Part shown: one piece after another, positions 22,740 through 31,658 of the stretch
Position numbering within the stretch: position 1 is the first letter of the stretch
How the letters are laid out: every line of letters begins with the position of its first letter
From: Candidatus Dormiibacterota bacterium
GTDB taxonomy: Bacteria; Chloroflexota; Dormibacteria; CF-121
NCBI GenBank assembly: GCA_036782775.1
Contig: DAIPYJ010000001.1
Span: forward strand, 115,404-179,403
DNA length: 64,000 nt
Direction of reading: 5' to 3'
The notes under the pieces: generated by a model
Told to the model about the DNA's origin: nothing
Databases searched by the model: none
The model's input: only the letters and a program-made list of their open reading frames with translations
Position numbers and translations under genes: made by a program

Positions 22740-23567
22740 ATGACGGCGTTCCGCGGCTCGGCAAAGCCGACGCAAGCGTGGAACCACTTCGATTTTGCCG
22801 TCGACGCCGGGATCGCGAAGCTAACCTTCAACCGGCCGCAAAAGTTAAATGCGTTGACCTTCGAGGTCTACGCCGACCTACGGGATCTTCTCGCCGAGCT
22901 TCCTCAGCGGGACGATGTTCGAGTCCTGGTCATCACTGGAACCGGACGTGGCTTCAACTCTGGGGGCGACGTCAACGAGATCATCGGCGAACTTCGGAAG
23001 ATGGACGCGCGCCAATTGCTTGCCTTCACGCGCATGACCGGCAGCGTGACCCAGCGGATGCGGGAGTGCCCTCTGCCAATCATCGCCTCGGTCAACGGCG
23101 TCGCGGCTGGCGCCGGAGCGGTTATCGGCCTTGCGGCCGACCTCCGGATCCTCGCGCGTTCGGCGACCTTCGCCTTCCTCTTCACCAAGGTCGGCCTCTC
23201 GGGCGGAGACATGGGGTCTGCCTATCTGTTGCCCCGGATCGTCGGGCTCGGCCGCGCCAGTGAATTGCTGCTGCTGGGTGAGCGAGTGGATGCCGAGAAG
23301 GCGCTCGCCATCGGCCTCGCAAATGCCGTGGTCGACGATAGCGAGCTGGTCAAGCAAACTGAAGAGCTCGCTCAGCAGCTGGCGCAAGGGCCGGCGCTTG
23401 CCTACGCAGCGACGAAGTCTCTACTCTCGCGACAGCTCGACATGAACCTGTCAGCATCCCTGGAACTCGATTCGATGACCCAGGCATTGCTGATGAAGAG
23501 CGCCGACCATGCCGAGTTCTACCGCGCCTTCCAGGAAGGGCGTCAGCCAGAGTGGACCGGCCGCTGA
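22740..23567 (+). CDS. enoyl-CoA hydratase / isomerase (crotonase family)
   Basis: Carries crotonase-fold motifs (ITGTGRGFNSGGDV, oxyanion hole). Confidence 0.8.
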   Translation: MTAFRGSAKPTQAWNHFDFAVDAGIAKLTFNRPQKLNALTFEVYADLRDLLAELPQRDDVRVLVITGTGRGFNSGGDVNEIIGELRKMDARQLLAFTRMTGSVTQRMRECPLPIIASVNGVAAGAGAVIGLAADLRILARSATFAFLFTKVGLSGGDMGSAYLLPRIVGLGRASELLLLGERVDAEKALAIGLANAVVDDSELVKQTEELAQQLAQGPALAYAATKSLLSRQLDMNLSASLELDSMTQALLMKSADHAEFYRAFQEGRQPEWTGR

Positions 23568-23578
23568 CTCCACACCGG

Positions 23579-23971
23579 GTGGTCAATCCACCGGAACTGG
23601 CGCGACCAACCGGATACTCTCACGCGATCGTGGCCCAGCCGGGACGGACGATCTACCTGGCCGGACAGACGGCGCAACGCGCCGACGGATCGATCGCTGG
23701 CAACACGATGGCTGAGCAGTTCGATCAGGCCGCCGCGAACCTCGCGACCGCGCTGCGCGCCGCTGGCGCCGAGCCGGCTGATCTCGTCAGCATGCAGATC
23801 TTCGTGACCAATATCGAGGAATACCTTCGTTCGCGAAAAGAAATTCGACGCGCCTATCAGCGTCACTTTGGCGACCACTATCCGGCGATGGGTCTCTTCC
23901 AAGTGAGCCGACTGTTTGATGCGGCAGCGAAAGTCGAACTTATGGCGATCGCCGTCGCAGCGGATCAGTGA
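23579..23971 (+). CDS. RidA/YjgF-family reactive-intermediate (enamine/imine) deaminase
   Basis: GTG at 23579 lies 11 nt after the crotonase stop. The product VVNPPELARPTGYSHAIVA... is the RidA N-terminus, about 130 aa. Confidence 0.75.
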   Translation: MVNPPELARPTGYSHAIVAQPGRTIYLAGQTAQRADGSIAGNTMAEQFDQAAANLATALRAAGAEPADLVSMQIFVTNIEEYLRSRKEIRRAYQRHFGDHYPAMGLFQVSRLFDAAAKVELMAIAVAADQ

Positions 23972-24429
23972 CCCGAGGCTAAGTCAGGCAGCGCGTCGAA
24001 GAACGGCGGCCAGTCGCCGTGGTAGTTGGCCTCAAATTCTTTGGGCTCCGGCGTGGGAGCGGAGTCTTCAATGATCGCCATGCCCCATGTGTTATGGCCA
24101 GGGTAATCAGCTGAGGCCGAGCAACAGCCAAAACTTGGACTGATCCCATAGTTCCCAGAAACCGCCACTACCCAAATCAGGCCGTCATCATCAGAGTTTC
24201 TCCACTCGGTCGCTGCGCGCTCCAAATCGTGGCGATACATCAGCTTGGCCTGGACTCGCGAGAAATATCTACCCTCATAGCCTTTGAGCGCTGCGGCGAT
24301 CACCTGGGTTCTCGAGTAATGAGGTTGGATGCCCCTCGATTGCAGCGCGAGCCCAACGGCGACCGCGGAGACTACCAACCCCACGATCAGGACGTGGCGC
24401 CAGCCCAGCGTCCCTAACCGTTTTCGCAT
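23965..24429 (-). CDS. hypothetical membrane-anchored protein in a locally lower-GC segment
   Basis: 154 aa with an N-terminal TM helix, then a soluble domain with a CC pair and aromatic residues. The segment is about 56-58% GC against about 68% elsewhere. Confidence 0.4.
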   Translation of the reverse strand: MRKRLGTLGWRHVLIVGLVVSAVAVGLALQSRGIQPHYSRTQVIAAALKGYEGRYFSRVQAKLMYRHDLERAATEWRNSDDDGLIWVVAVSGNYGISPSFGCCSASADYPGHNTWGMAIIEDSAPTPEPKEFEANYHGDWPPFFDALPDLASGH

Positions 24430-24491
24430 ATGTCGGCAACGTCGAATGGACCGATCCCCTGCCTTGCCTACCCCCGAGCGGGATCCGTTGT

Positions 24492-25613
24492 CTAGCGTCC
24501 CTTGAAGAGGTCCCGGGCGATGATCTCGCGCTGGATTTCAGAGGTGCCTTCGTAGATTCGTGGCGCGCGCACTTCTCGGTATAGGTGCTCGAGTAGGTGG
24601 CCTCGTTCGAGCGCGATCGCGCCGTGCACCTGGATGCTGACATCGATGACACGCTGCGCGGTCTCTGTCGCAAAGAGCTTCGCCATCGCCGAGTAACGGG
24701 CAACGTGCGCGTCGCCGCGGTCGTACGCCTCCGCGGCCTCGTACACCAGTGCCCGTGCTGCCTCCAGCCGTGTCGCCATCTCCGCCAGCTGGTGTGACAC
24801 GGCTTGAAAGTCCTTGATCGGCCGGCCGAACGCCTTTCGTTTTGCCGCGTGCTCGATTGACGCATCGAGGGCCGCCTGTGCCATGCCGAGCGCATTCGCG
24901 CCGACGCTCGGCCGGAAAAGATCGAGGGTTCGCATCGCGAGCCGAAAGCCCTGGTTCACCTCGCCGAGCACCCGATCGTCCGCGACCACAACATCCTCGA
25001 GCTCGAGGCGGCCGATTGGATGATCCGACACGATTTGCAGAGGGCGACCCCTCATCCCCTTGGCCTTCCCGTCGACGAGAAAGGCGGTGATGCCCTTGCT
25101 TCCAGCGTCGGCCGCCGTTCTCGCGAACAGTGTGTAGAAATCCGCATCTGGCGCGTTCGAGATGAACGCCTTTGTCCCCGTGAGCCGGTAGCCGTCCGGT
25201 TCGCGCCTGGCGGTCAGCTGGAGGGCGCCTGCATCGGTGCCGGCATCGGGCTCGGTTAGGGCGAAGGCCGCGACGGCATCACCATGTACCACTGGGTCGA
25301 CGAAGCGCGCGACCTGGTCATCGGTTCCCGCCAGCAGGATCGGGATGATCCCGAGCAGCTGAATCGTGAGCGCGTTCTCGACCGTGGTCGACTCCCGGGC
25401 CAGCGCCTCGCGCACGACGCAGAGCTCAACTGACGAAAAGGGCGCGTCCTCGCCAGCGCGGCTCCGGCGAAGGAGCCGCCTAGGGAAGCCTTCGCCGGCG
25501 AGGGCGCGCACCAACGGCCGATTGACGCGACCTGGTTCGCCGGTCCGAGAGACATCAGCGAGCTTCTTTGCGGCAGTGGCCGCGTCAGCTGACAGCCGAT
25601 CGTGGTCCGTCAC
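24492..25613 (-). CDS. acyl-CoA dehydrogenase
   Basis: 373 aa with ACAD signatures (ALTEPDAGTDAG, the C-terminal catalytic-Glu region YEGTSEIQ). Confidence 0.85.
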   Translation of the reverse strand: MTDHDRLSADAATAAKKLADVSRTGEPGRVNRPLVRALAGEGFPRRLLRRSRAGEDAPFSSVELCVVREALARESTTVENALTIQLLGIIPILLAGTDDQVARFVDPVVHGDAVAAFALTEPDAGTDAGALQLTARREPDGYRLTGTKAFISNAPDADFYTLFARTAADAGSKGITAFLVDGKAKGMRGRPLQIVSDHPIGRLELEDVVVADDRVLGEVNQGFRLAMRTLDLFRPSVGANALGMAQAALDASIEHAAKRKAFGRPIKDFQAVSHQLAEMATRLEAARALVYEAAEAYDRGDAHVARYSAMAKLFATETAQRVIDVSIQVHGAIALERGHLLEHLYREVRAPRIYEGTSEIQREIIARDLFKGR

Positions 25614-26389
25614 GCCTGGACGGATCCGCCGTCGAGGACGATGCCCTGTCCCGTAATGCCGCGCGCACCTTCGCTGCAGAGGTAGACCGCGAGGCTGGCG
25701 ACTTCCTCGACCGTCATCAATCGTCCTTGAGGGCTGACGTTTTCCAGCAACTTGCGAGCGGCCTCCTCCGTCCGCCCGGTCCGCGCGGAGATGTACGCCG
25801 CGGATCGGTCCGTCATCTCACTATCGACATAGCCGGGACAGACCGCGTTGACCGTAATGCCATGGGTCGCGACCTCGGCCGCGACCGATCGAGTGAGGCC
25901 GAGCAGGGCGTGTTTCGAGGCGGCGTAGGCCGTTATGTATGGAGCACCGGCCCTCGCCGCGACCGAGGCAACGTTGACGATGCGGCCCCACTTGGCCGCG
26001 AGCATGGCAGGCATCACCGCCTTCATGCACCAGAACGCTGCCGTGGCGTTGACGCGAAGCATCAGGTCCCACATCTTGTCCGTCGTCTGGGCCAGCCGAG
26101 CGCTGGCCGCAATGCCGGCGTTGTTGACCAGGATCAGAGGGTCGCCGAGAGTTCGCGTGGCTTGCTCAAACATGCTGTCGACCTGGCTCCGCTCACTCAC
26201 GTCGCAGATGACGGCCTCGCTTCGCCGTCCGGCTTCCCGAATGCGGTCTCGCGTTTCCTCGAGCTCCGGCTTTGAGCGACCAGCAACCGCCACATCGGCA
26301 CCAGCAGAAGCCAAGCCGAGCGCGATCGCGCGGCCGATGCCCCTTCCGCCGCCGGTAACGAGCGCAATTCGGCCCGAGAGGTCGCCCAT
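25610..26389 (-). CDS. SDR-family oxidoreductase (3-oxoacyl reductase / 3-hydroxyacyl-CoA dehydrogenase-like)
   Basis: Carries TGGGRGIG, NNAG and YxxxK (YAASK) motifs. Confidence 0.85.
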   Translation of the reverse strand: MGDLSGRIALVTGGGRGIGRAIALGLASAGADVAVAGRSKPELEETRDRIREAGRRSEAVICDVSERSQVDSMFEQATRTLGDPLILVNNAGIAASARLAQTTDKMWDLMLRVNATAAFWCMKAVMPAMLAAKWGRIVNVASVAARAGAPYITAYAASKHALLGLTRSVAAEVATHGITVNAVCPGYVDSEMTDRSAAYISARTGRTEEAARKLLENVSPQGRLMTVEEVASLAVYLCSEGARGITGQGIVLDGGSVQA

Positions 26390-26390
26390 G

Positions 26391-27344
26391 TCAGTGGGAG
26401 CCGAGAAGACCCGCCAGCTTCGGCAGGTCGATGTTTCCGCCCGAAACGACGCACGCGATGCGGCCCGTTCCCGCCTTGCCGGAAAGCGCCACGGCGAGCG
26501 CGACGGCCCCGGCGCCTTCGGCGATCACTCGGTTGCGTTCGGCCATGAGACGCACCGCAGCCGCAATCTCGTCGAGGCTGGCCGTGAAGGAGCCATCGAG
26601 GAGATCGACGGCCATGGCCAACATGTCGGGAAAGACCGTCTTGCTGCCGATGCCGTCGACGAACGATGGCTGATAGTCGACGACCTGCGGAGACCCGGCC
26701 TTAAGCGAAGCCGTGAGCGGCGCGCCGGTCTCCGCTTCGACGGCGTAGATGCGTACAGAGGGCTTGATTGCGCGCAGCGCCGCGGCGATGCCGCATGCGA
26801 GTCCGCCGCCACCCCAGGGGATGAGGACCGTGTCGAGATCAGGCAGGTCTTCGAGCAACTCGAGGCCGATCGTCCCATTTCCCGCCATCACCCGGTCATC
26901 GTCGAAGGAGTGGATGAAGGCGGCGTCGACGCCCGGATAGCTGCGATCGGTGAACGTCTGCCACCAGCGGTCGAATGGAACTTTCATCACACGGCCGCCG
27001 AGGCGCTCGATGGCGCGGACCTTGGTGTCGGGCGCGTAATCCGGGGCAATGACGGTGCAGGAGACGCCAAGACGACGGGCATTGAAGGCGGCGCCCTGCG
27101 CCATGTTCCCCGCGCTGGCGACCAGCACGCCCTTTGCAAGTTCGGCGGGCGCCATTTGGCTCATCGCGAAGCCGGCCCCGCGAATTTTGAATGATCCGAT
27201 CGGTTGCAGGTTCTCCAACTTGAGATAGATCTCGGCCGGCGAATCCCAGACGTTCAGCCGAACCAGCGGCGTCCTGAGCGCGACCCCGGCAATGGCCTGA
27301 CGCGCCCCGCGGATGGTTTCGAGGTCCAGCCGGGTCGTTTTCAC
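26391..27344 (-). CDS. threonine/serine dehydratase-like fold-type II PLP enzyme
   Basis: Carries the SFKIRGA PLP-lysine motif and GGGGL. It is 317 aa, overlaps the upstream OCD-like gene by 4 nt, and lies 1 nt upstream of the SDR. Confidence 0.8.
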   Translation of the reverse strand: MKTTRLDLETIRGARQAIAGVALRTPLVRLNVWDSPAEIYLKLENLQPIGSFKIRGAGFAMSQMAPAELAKGVLVASAGNMAQGAAFNARRLGVSCTVIAPDYAPDTKVRAIERLGGRVMKVPFDRWWQTFTDRSYPGVDAAFIHSFDDDRVMAGNGTIGLELLEDLPDLDTVLIPWGGGGLACGIAAALRAIKPSVRIYAVEAETGAPLTASLKAGSPQVVDYQPSFVDGIGSKTVFPDMLAMAVDLLDGSFTASLDEIAAAVRLMAERNRVIAEGAGAVALAVALSGKAGTGRIACVVSGGNIDLPKLAGLLGSH

Positions 27345-28339
27345 ATCCGCACGGTCTGACCGATGCCACGCCGGCGCGCCTCGCGGGCGACGAAGGCGGC
27401 AGACGCCACGTCCTCGACCGAAAGACCGAGCGATTTGAAAAGCGTCAGCTCCTCAGCCGAACGCCGGCCATGGCTCTTGCCGATGATGACCTCACCAAGC
27501 TCAGCCACGATGTGCTCCGCGGTGATTTTGCCTTCCCGCATCGGGATCAGCATGTCGCCGGCCTCGTTCAGCGCCGACTCACGGCGATCGACATACAGCC
27601 TGGCGTCAGCGACGGTGCTCGAGTCTAGCTCGCGGGTCGTCGGAATCGACGACCCCACGGCATTGATGTGGGCTCCGGGCTTCAGCCAGGAACGATGCAG
27701 CACCGGCTCGGGACTCGCCGTTACGGTGGCAACGATGTCGGCGCCGCGCACTCCAGCTTCGGCGGAACGCACGGCCTCGACCGGGAACCGATATTTCGGC
27801 GCTTCTTGTTCGACGAGGGCTGCCGCGTGCTCTGCCGTTCGGCTCCAGACCCGCACGCGACTCAGGGGTCGCACCGCCGCGATCGCCTCCAGGTGCGTGC
27901 GTGCCTGCACGCCCGCCCCGAGGATCGCGAGCTCCGCGGCTTCCGGTCGCGCGAGCACGTCGGTTGCCACGCCAGAGACGGCGGCCGTGCGAATCGCCGT
28001 GATCGTCCCGCCATCCATCAGCGCGGAGAGGCGGCCAGTATCAGCTTCGAAAAGCAGGACCGCACCCTGATGCGTGTCGATGTCCCTGGCCGCATTCCCT
28101 GGGAAGACAGAGACCGCCTTCATCCCGAGCGCCCCCTCCGCCGTGTCCTCCGGCGCAATGTAGCCGGGCATCAGCCCAAGGAAGCCAGAACCGTCGGGCA
28201 TCCGCATGACGAGGCGCAAAGGAACCAGTGCCTTGCCCTTTGCCAGCGCGGCCAGCGCATCGCGCATCACCTCGATACAGGCGCGCATCGGCAGCAGCTG
28301 GGCGACGTCCTCCGCAGACAGGACGAGGACGTGAGTCAT
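27341..28339 (-). CDS. ornithine cyclodeaminase / mu-crystallin family NAD-dependent enzyme
   Basis: 332 aa. The OCD_Mu_crystall family pattern is present (GAGVQARTHLEA Rossmann). Confidence 0.8.
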   Translation of the reverse strand: MTHVLVLSAEDVAQLLPMRACIEVMRDALAALAKGKALVPLRLVMRMPDGSGFLGLMPGYIAPEDTAEGALGMKAVSVFPGNAARDIDTHQGAVLLFEADTGRLSALMDGGTITAIRTAAVSGVATDVLARPEAAELAILGAGVQARTHLEAIAAVRPLSRVRVWSRTAEHAAALVEQEAPKYRFPVEAVRSAEAGVRGADIVATVTASPEPVLHRSWLKPGAHINAVGSSIPTTRELDSSTVADARLYVDRRESALNEAGDMLIPMREGKITAEHIVAELGEVIIGKSHGRRSAEELTLFKSLGLSVEDVASAAFVAREARRRGIGQTVRM

Positions 28340-29316
28340 GCGGCGGCCTGCATGGACTCGACAACGCGCTCACGGTCTAAGGGGCTGAGGCGGATGTCGA
28401 CGGCATCGACCCAGGGCTTGAACTGCTCGATCCGGCGTGGTCCAATGAGAGCCGCCGTCACCGCCGGGTGGCTCAGCACCCAGGCGAGCGCCAGGGCTCC
28501 CATCTCGACGCCACGGCGATCCGCCTCCCGGCGCAAGGCATCGAGGGCACTGAAGGTCGCTTGATTCATGAAGCCGCGATACGGCTGAGGCCGCAAAGCC
28601 AGCCGTGAGCCTGAAGGCGGCGTTGCGCCGAACTGATATTTTCCGGTCAGCAGTCCCCCCGCCGTCGGGCTGAACGGCGTTACCGCCAGCCGCTCGCGGG
28701 CTGCCAGCGGCAGGATTTCTCGCTCCATCTCGCGATCGAGCAGGCTGTAGCCGTTCTGGACCGATTGATACCGCACGACGCCCAGCCGGTCACTGGTCGC
28801 GAGCGATCGTTCCAGCTGCGGACCGCTGATGTTACTGGAACCGATGCAGCGAACTTTGCCGGCTTGGACAAGCTCGTTCATCGCGGTCAGCGACTCGTCC
28901 TCCGGCGTATCCGGATCCGGTTCCATGGTCACGTACAGGTCCACATAGTCGGTCTGCAGCCGGCGAAGGCTGCCGTCGATCGCCTGCATGATGTGGCGCC
29001 GGGACAAGCTTCGGTCGTTCGGTCCTTCCGCGATCGCGTAGAAGACCTTGGTCGACAGGACCAGTTGATCCCGTCCTTTGCGCTCTTTGAGCCAGGCACC
29101 GATGGTCCGCTCCGATTCGCCCCCGCCATAGCTGTCGGCCGTGTCGAAGTAATTGATGCCCAGCTCGACGGCCTGGCTCATGAGCGCAAAGGCCGTGCGG
29201 CGGTCCTCGCCTTTGCCGAACAATTCGGGGGCGGAGCCAATGCCGCCAAAGCCGCCGCAGCCCAGGCCGAGGACGCTGACGCGCATCCCGGTTCGTCCGA
29301 AATCCCGGTACTCCAT
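28336..29316 (-). CDS. aldo/keto reductase
   Basis: MEYRDFGRTGMRVSVLGLGC... is the AKR N-terminus. It is 326 aa and leads the five-gene minus-strand operon. Confidence 0.85.
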   Translation of the reverse strand: MEYRDFGRTGMRVSVLGLGCGGFGGIGSAPELFGKGEDRRTAFALMSQAVELGINYFDTADSYGGGESERTIGAWLKERKGRDQLVLSTKVFYAIAEGPNDRSLSRRHIMQAIDGSLRRLQTDYVDLYVTMEPDPDTPEDESLTAMNELVQAGKVRCIGSSNISGPQLERSLATSDRLGVVRYQSVQNGYSLLDREMEREILPLAARERLAVTPFSPTAGGLLTGKYQFGATPPSGSRLALRPQPYRGFMNQATFSALDALRREADRRGVEMGALALAWVLSHPAVTAALIGPRRIEQFKPWVDAVDIRLSPLDRERVVESMQAAA

Positions 29317-29366
29317 CCCTCTCCCGTCGTGATGGTAAGGCTTGACCGTTGCTAAGATCGGCCAGC

Positions 29367-30143
29367 ATGTCTATCCAGCAGCGTGCGCGGCTTCGCCACC
29401 AGGATGAGATCCGCGGCATCGCGTTCGACGCGGGCGTGATGCAATGGCTGGTTGATCGCAGCCTTGGCGCCGAGCATGTGATGGCGTACCGGTTGACCAT
29501 CAATCCTGGCGCAAGTGCGAGCCACGCTCACCCGGGAGCCGAAGAAGTCGTGTACGTGATCGAGGGGACCGGCGAAATCCAGGTGGAAGACGCCCGCCAC
29601 CTCGTCGACGCCGGCAAGGCGGTCTTCATTCCCGACGGCGCCGAACACAGTCACGTCAATACGGGGACGACGCCGTTCGTCATGGTGGGCGCGATGGCGC
29701 CGCCCATCGATCCGGCAACCATCCGTCCGGCGGCACCGCATCGTGCCGGCGCCATGGCACCAGCAACTCGCGATAAAGTCGATGTCCAACCGACGCGCAT
29801 GGACGAGCGCGAGATCGCGCCGACGTTGATGGGCGAGCGCAGCTTTCGAGTCATGGTGAGCCCCGCCGTAGGCTGCCAGCGGATGACCCAATTCACCGGC
29901 GTGATTCCGACCGGGCGCGCACCGCTGCACGCGCATCCCCATGAAGAAGCGGTCTATGTCCTGGCGGGCCAGGGAAGGCTGTGGATCGAGGACGAGGCTG
30001 TCGGCGAGCTGCGGCCCGGCTCGGTCGTCTTCTTTCCCATCGGGGTTCGGCACACGCTCGAGAACGTCGGCCGCGAGGACATGAAGGTGCTGGGCGCCTT
30101 TTCGCCCGCGGGCTCGCCCGAAGCCAAGCTCCCGCCGGCCTGA
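29367..30143 (+). CDS. bicupin (two cupin domains) protein
   Basis: It has two G(x)5HxH...E...G...H-type cupin motifs (HAHPGAEEVVYV and HAHPHEEAVYVL). ATG at 29367; a TTG at 29349 is the alternative start. Confidence 0.6.
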   Translation: MSIQQRARLRHQDEIRGIAFDAGVMQWLVDRSLGAEHVMAYRLTINPGASASHAHPGAEEVVYVIEGTGEIQVEDARHLVDAGKAVFIPDGAEHSHVNTGTTPFVMVGAMAPPIDPATIRPAAPHRAGAMAPATRDKVDVQPTRMDEREIAPTLMGERSFRVMVSPAVGCQRMTQFTGVIPTGRAPLHAHPHEEAVYVLAGQGRLWIEDEAVGELRPGSVVFFPIGVRHTLENVGREDMKVLGAFSPAGSPEAKLPPA

Positions 30144-30145
30144 GC

Positions 30146-30967
30146 TCACATGCCGAGATAGGCCCGCTGCATCTGCGGGTTGTGCAATAGCGATTCAGCC
30201 GTGCCCTGCAGGACGACACGCCCGCTCTGCAGCACATAGCCGCGGTTGGCGATCGCCAGCGCCATGGTGGCGTTCTGCTCGACGACGAAAATCGTGATCC
30301 CGGTCTGATTCAGCTGTTTGATCGTCTCGAATTGCTGCTCGACGAGCACCGGCGCCAATCCCATCGATGGCTCATCCATGCAGAGGAAGCGGGGCCGGGA
30401 CATCAGAGCGCGGGCCATCGCGAGCATCTGCTGCTCGCCACCTGACATGGTGCCGCCTCGTTGTGCCGACCGCTCGCCAAGGCGAGGGAACATCGCGATC
30501 ACGCGCTCGAGATCCTGGTCGATGGCACCGCGATCCTTGCGGCCGAAAGCGCCCATCATCAGGTTCTCCCGAACCGTCAGCCGCGGAAAGATGCGGCGGG
30601 CCTCAGGCACGATCGCGATGCCGGCACCGACCCGACGCGAGGTGTTCCAGCCGGTCACGTCCTGGCCCTCGTACCAGACGGCGCCCTTGGTCGGCCGGAG
30701 CGAGCCGATGACCGTTTTCATCGTGGTTGACTTGCCTGAGGCGTTGCCGCCGAGCAGGCAGACGATCTCGCCTCGGCGGATTTCCATGCTGACCTCGCGC
30801 AAGGCGGGCACCGGGCCGTAGCGCACCTCGACGTCCTGTAGCCGCAGGACGATTTCGTCCGGCTCCGGACCCGCCCTAGGCGGACGCTGCCCGTCGACCG
30901 AGATAGGCTTCGACGACTCGGGGATTGCTGTGCACCTCCTTTGGCTCGCCCTCGGCGATCTTGACAC
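30146..30967 (-). CDS. livF: branched-chain amino acid ABC transporter ATP-binding protein (LivF-like)
   Basis: Carries Walker A GGNASGKST and the signature LSGGEQQ. There is no canonical start near the expected N-terminus (EIVLRLQDVEVRYG); the first in-frame start is the GTG at 30967, inside livG. Confidence 0.7.
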   Translation of the reverse strand: MSRSPRASQRRCTAIPESSKPISVDGQRPPRAGPEPDEIVLRLQDVEVRYGPVPALREVSMEIRRGEIVCLLGGNASGKSTTMKTVIGSLRPTKGAVWYEGQDVTGWNTSRRVGAGIAIVPEARRIFPRLTVRENLMMGAFGRKDRGAIDQDLERVIAMFPRLGERSAQRGGTMSGGEQQMLAMARALMSRPRFLCMDEPSMGLAPVLVEQQFETIKQLNQTGITIFVVEQNATMALAIANRGYVLQSGRVVLQGTAESLLHNPQMQRAYLGM

Positions 30968-31658
30968 CGTGATCCATGACCACCACTCGGTCAGAAATTT
31001 CCATCACCAGCGGCATGTGATGCTCGATCAAGAAGATCGTCAAGCCACGATCGCGCATCGCCCGAATCAGGCCTGCCATCTCGATCCGCTCGTACGGATT
31101 CATGCCAGCCGCAGGCTCATCGAGGAGCAGCAACTTCGGGCGCGCGGCCAACGCTCGGGCAATCTCGGTTCGCCGGCGGTTGGCGTAGGAAAGCGAGAAA
31201 GCTGGGTCGTCGAGCCGCGGCTCGAGGCGCTCGCGAAAGCAGTCGATCGCGGTGTCGACCTCGGCCTGCGCGGCGCGCTCCGCTCGGATCGTGCCCGGCC
31301 AGAAGACCACCGATCCGAGCATGCCGCTCCGCGTCCAGTGATGCGTTCCCAGGAGGATGTTCTCCCGCACGGTCAACTGCGGAAAGACGCGAATGTTCTG
31401 GAACGTCCGGGCGATTCCCATGGCCGCGATCCGATGGGCGGGCCGCCCGACCAGCTCGCTTCCGAGCAGCTGGACCGACCCCATCCGCGGCCGAATGACT
31501 CCGGAGATGAGATTGAAGACAGTGGTTTTGCCTGCGCCATTGGGACCGACGAGGCTGACGATCTCTCCCCGATCGATCTCGATCTGGAAATCGTCGACTG
31601 CCGTCAATCCGCCGAACCGATGCGTCAACCCGCGGATCTCCAGGACGCGATCACTCAT
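30876..31658 (-). CDS. livG: branched-chain amino acid ABC transporter ATP-binding protein (LivG-like)
   Basis: GGAGGA SD then ATG at 31658 gives MSDRVLEIRGLTHRFGGL..., with GPNGAGKTT Walker A. Confidence 0.8.
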   Translation of the reverse strand: MSDRVLEIRGLTHRFGGLTAVDDFQIEIDRGEIVSLVGPNGAGKTTVFNLISGVIRPRMGSVQLLGSELVGRPAHRIAAMGIARTFQNIRVFPQLTVRENILLGTHHWTRSGMLGSVVFWPGTIRAERAAQAEVDTAIDCFRERLEPRLDDPAFSLSYANRRRTEIARALAARPKLLLLDEPAAGMNPYERIEMAGLIRAMRDRGLTIFLIEHHMPLVMEISDRVVVMDHGVKIAEGEPKEVHSNPRVVEAYLGRRAASA

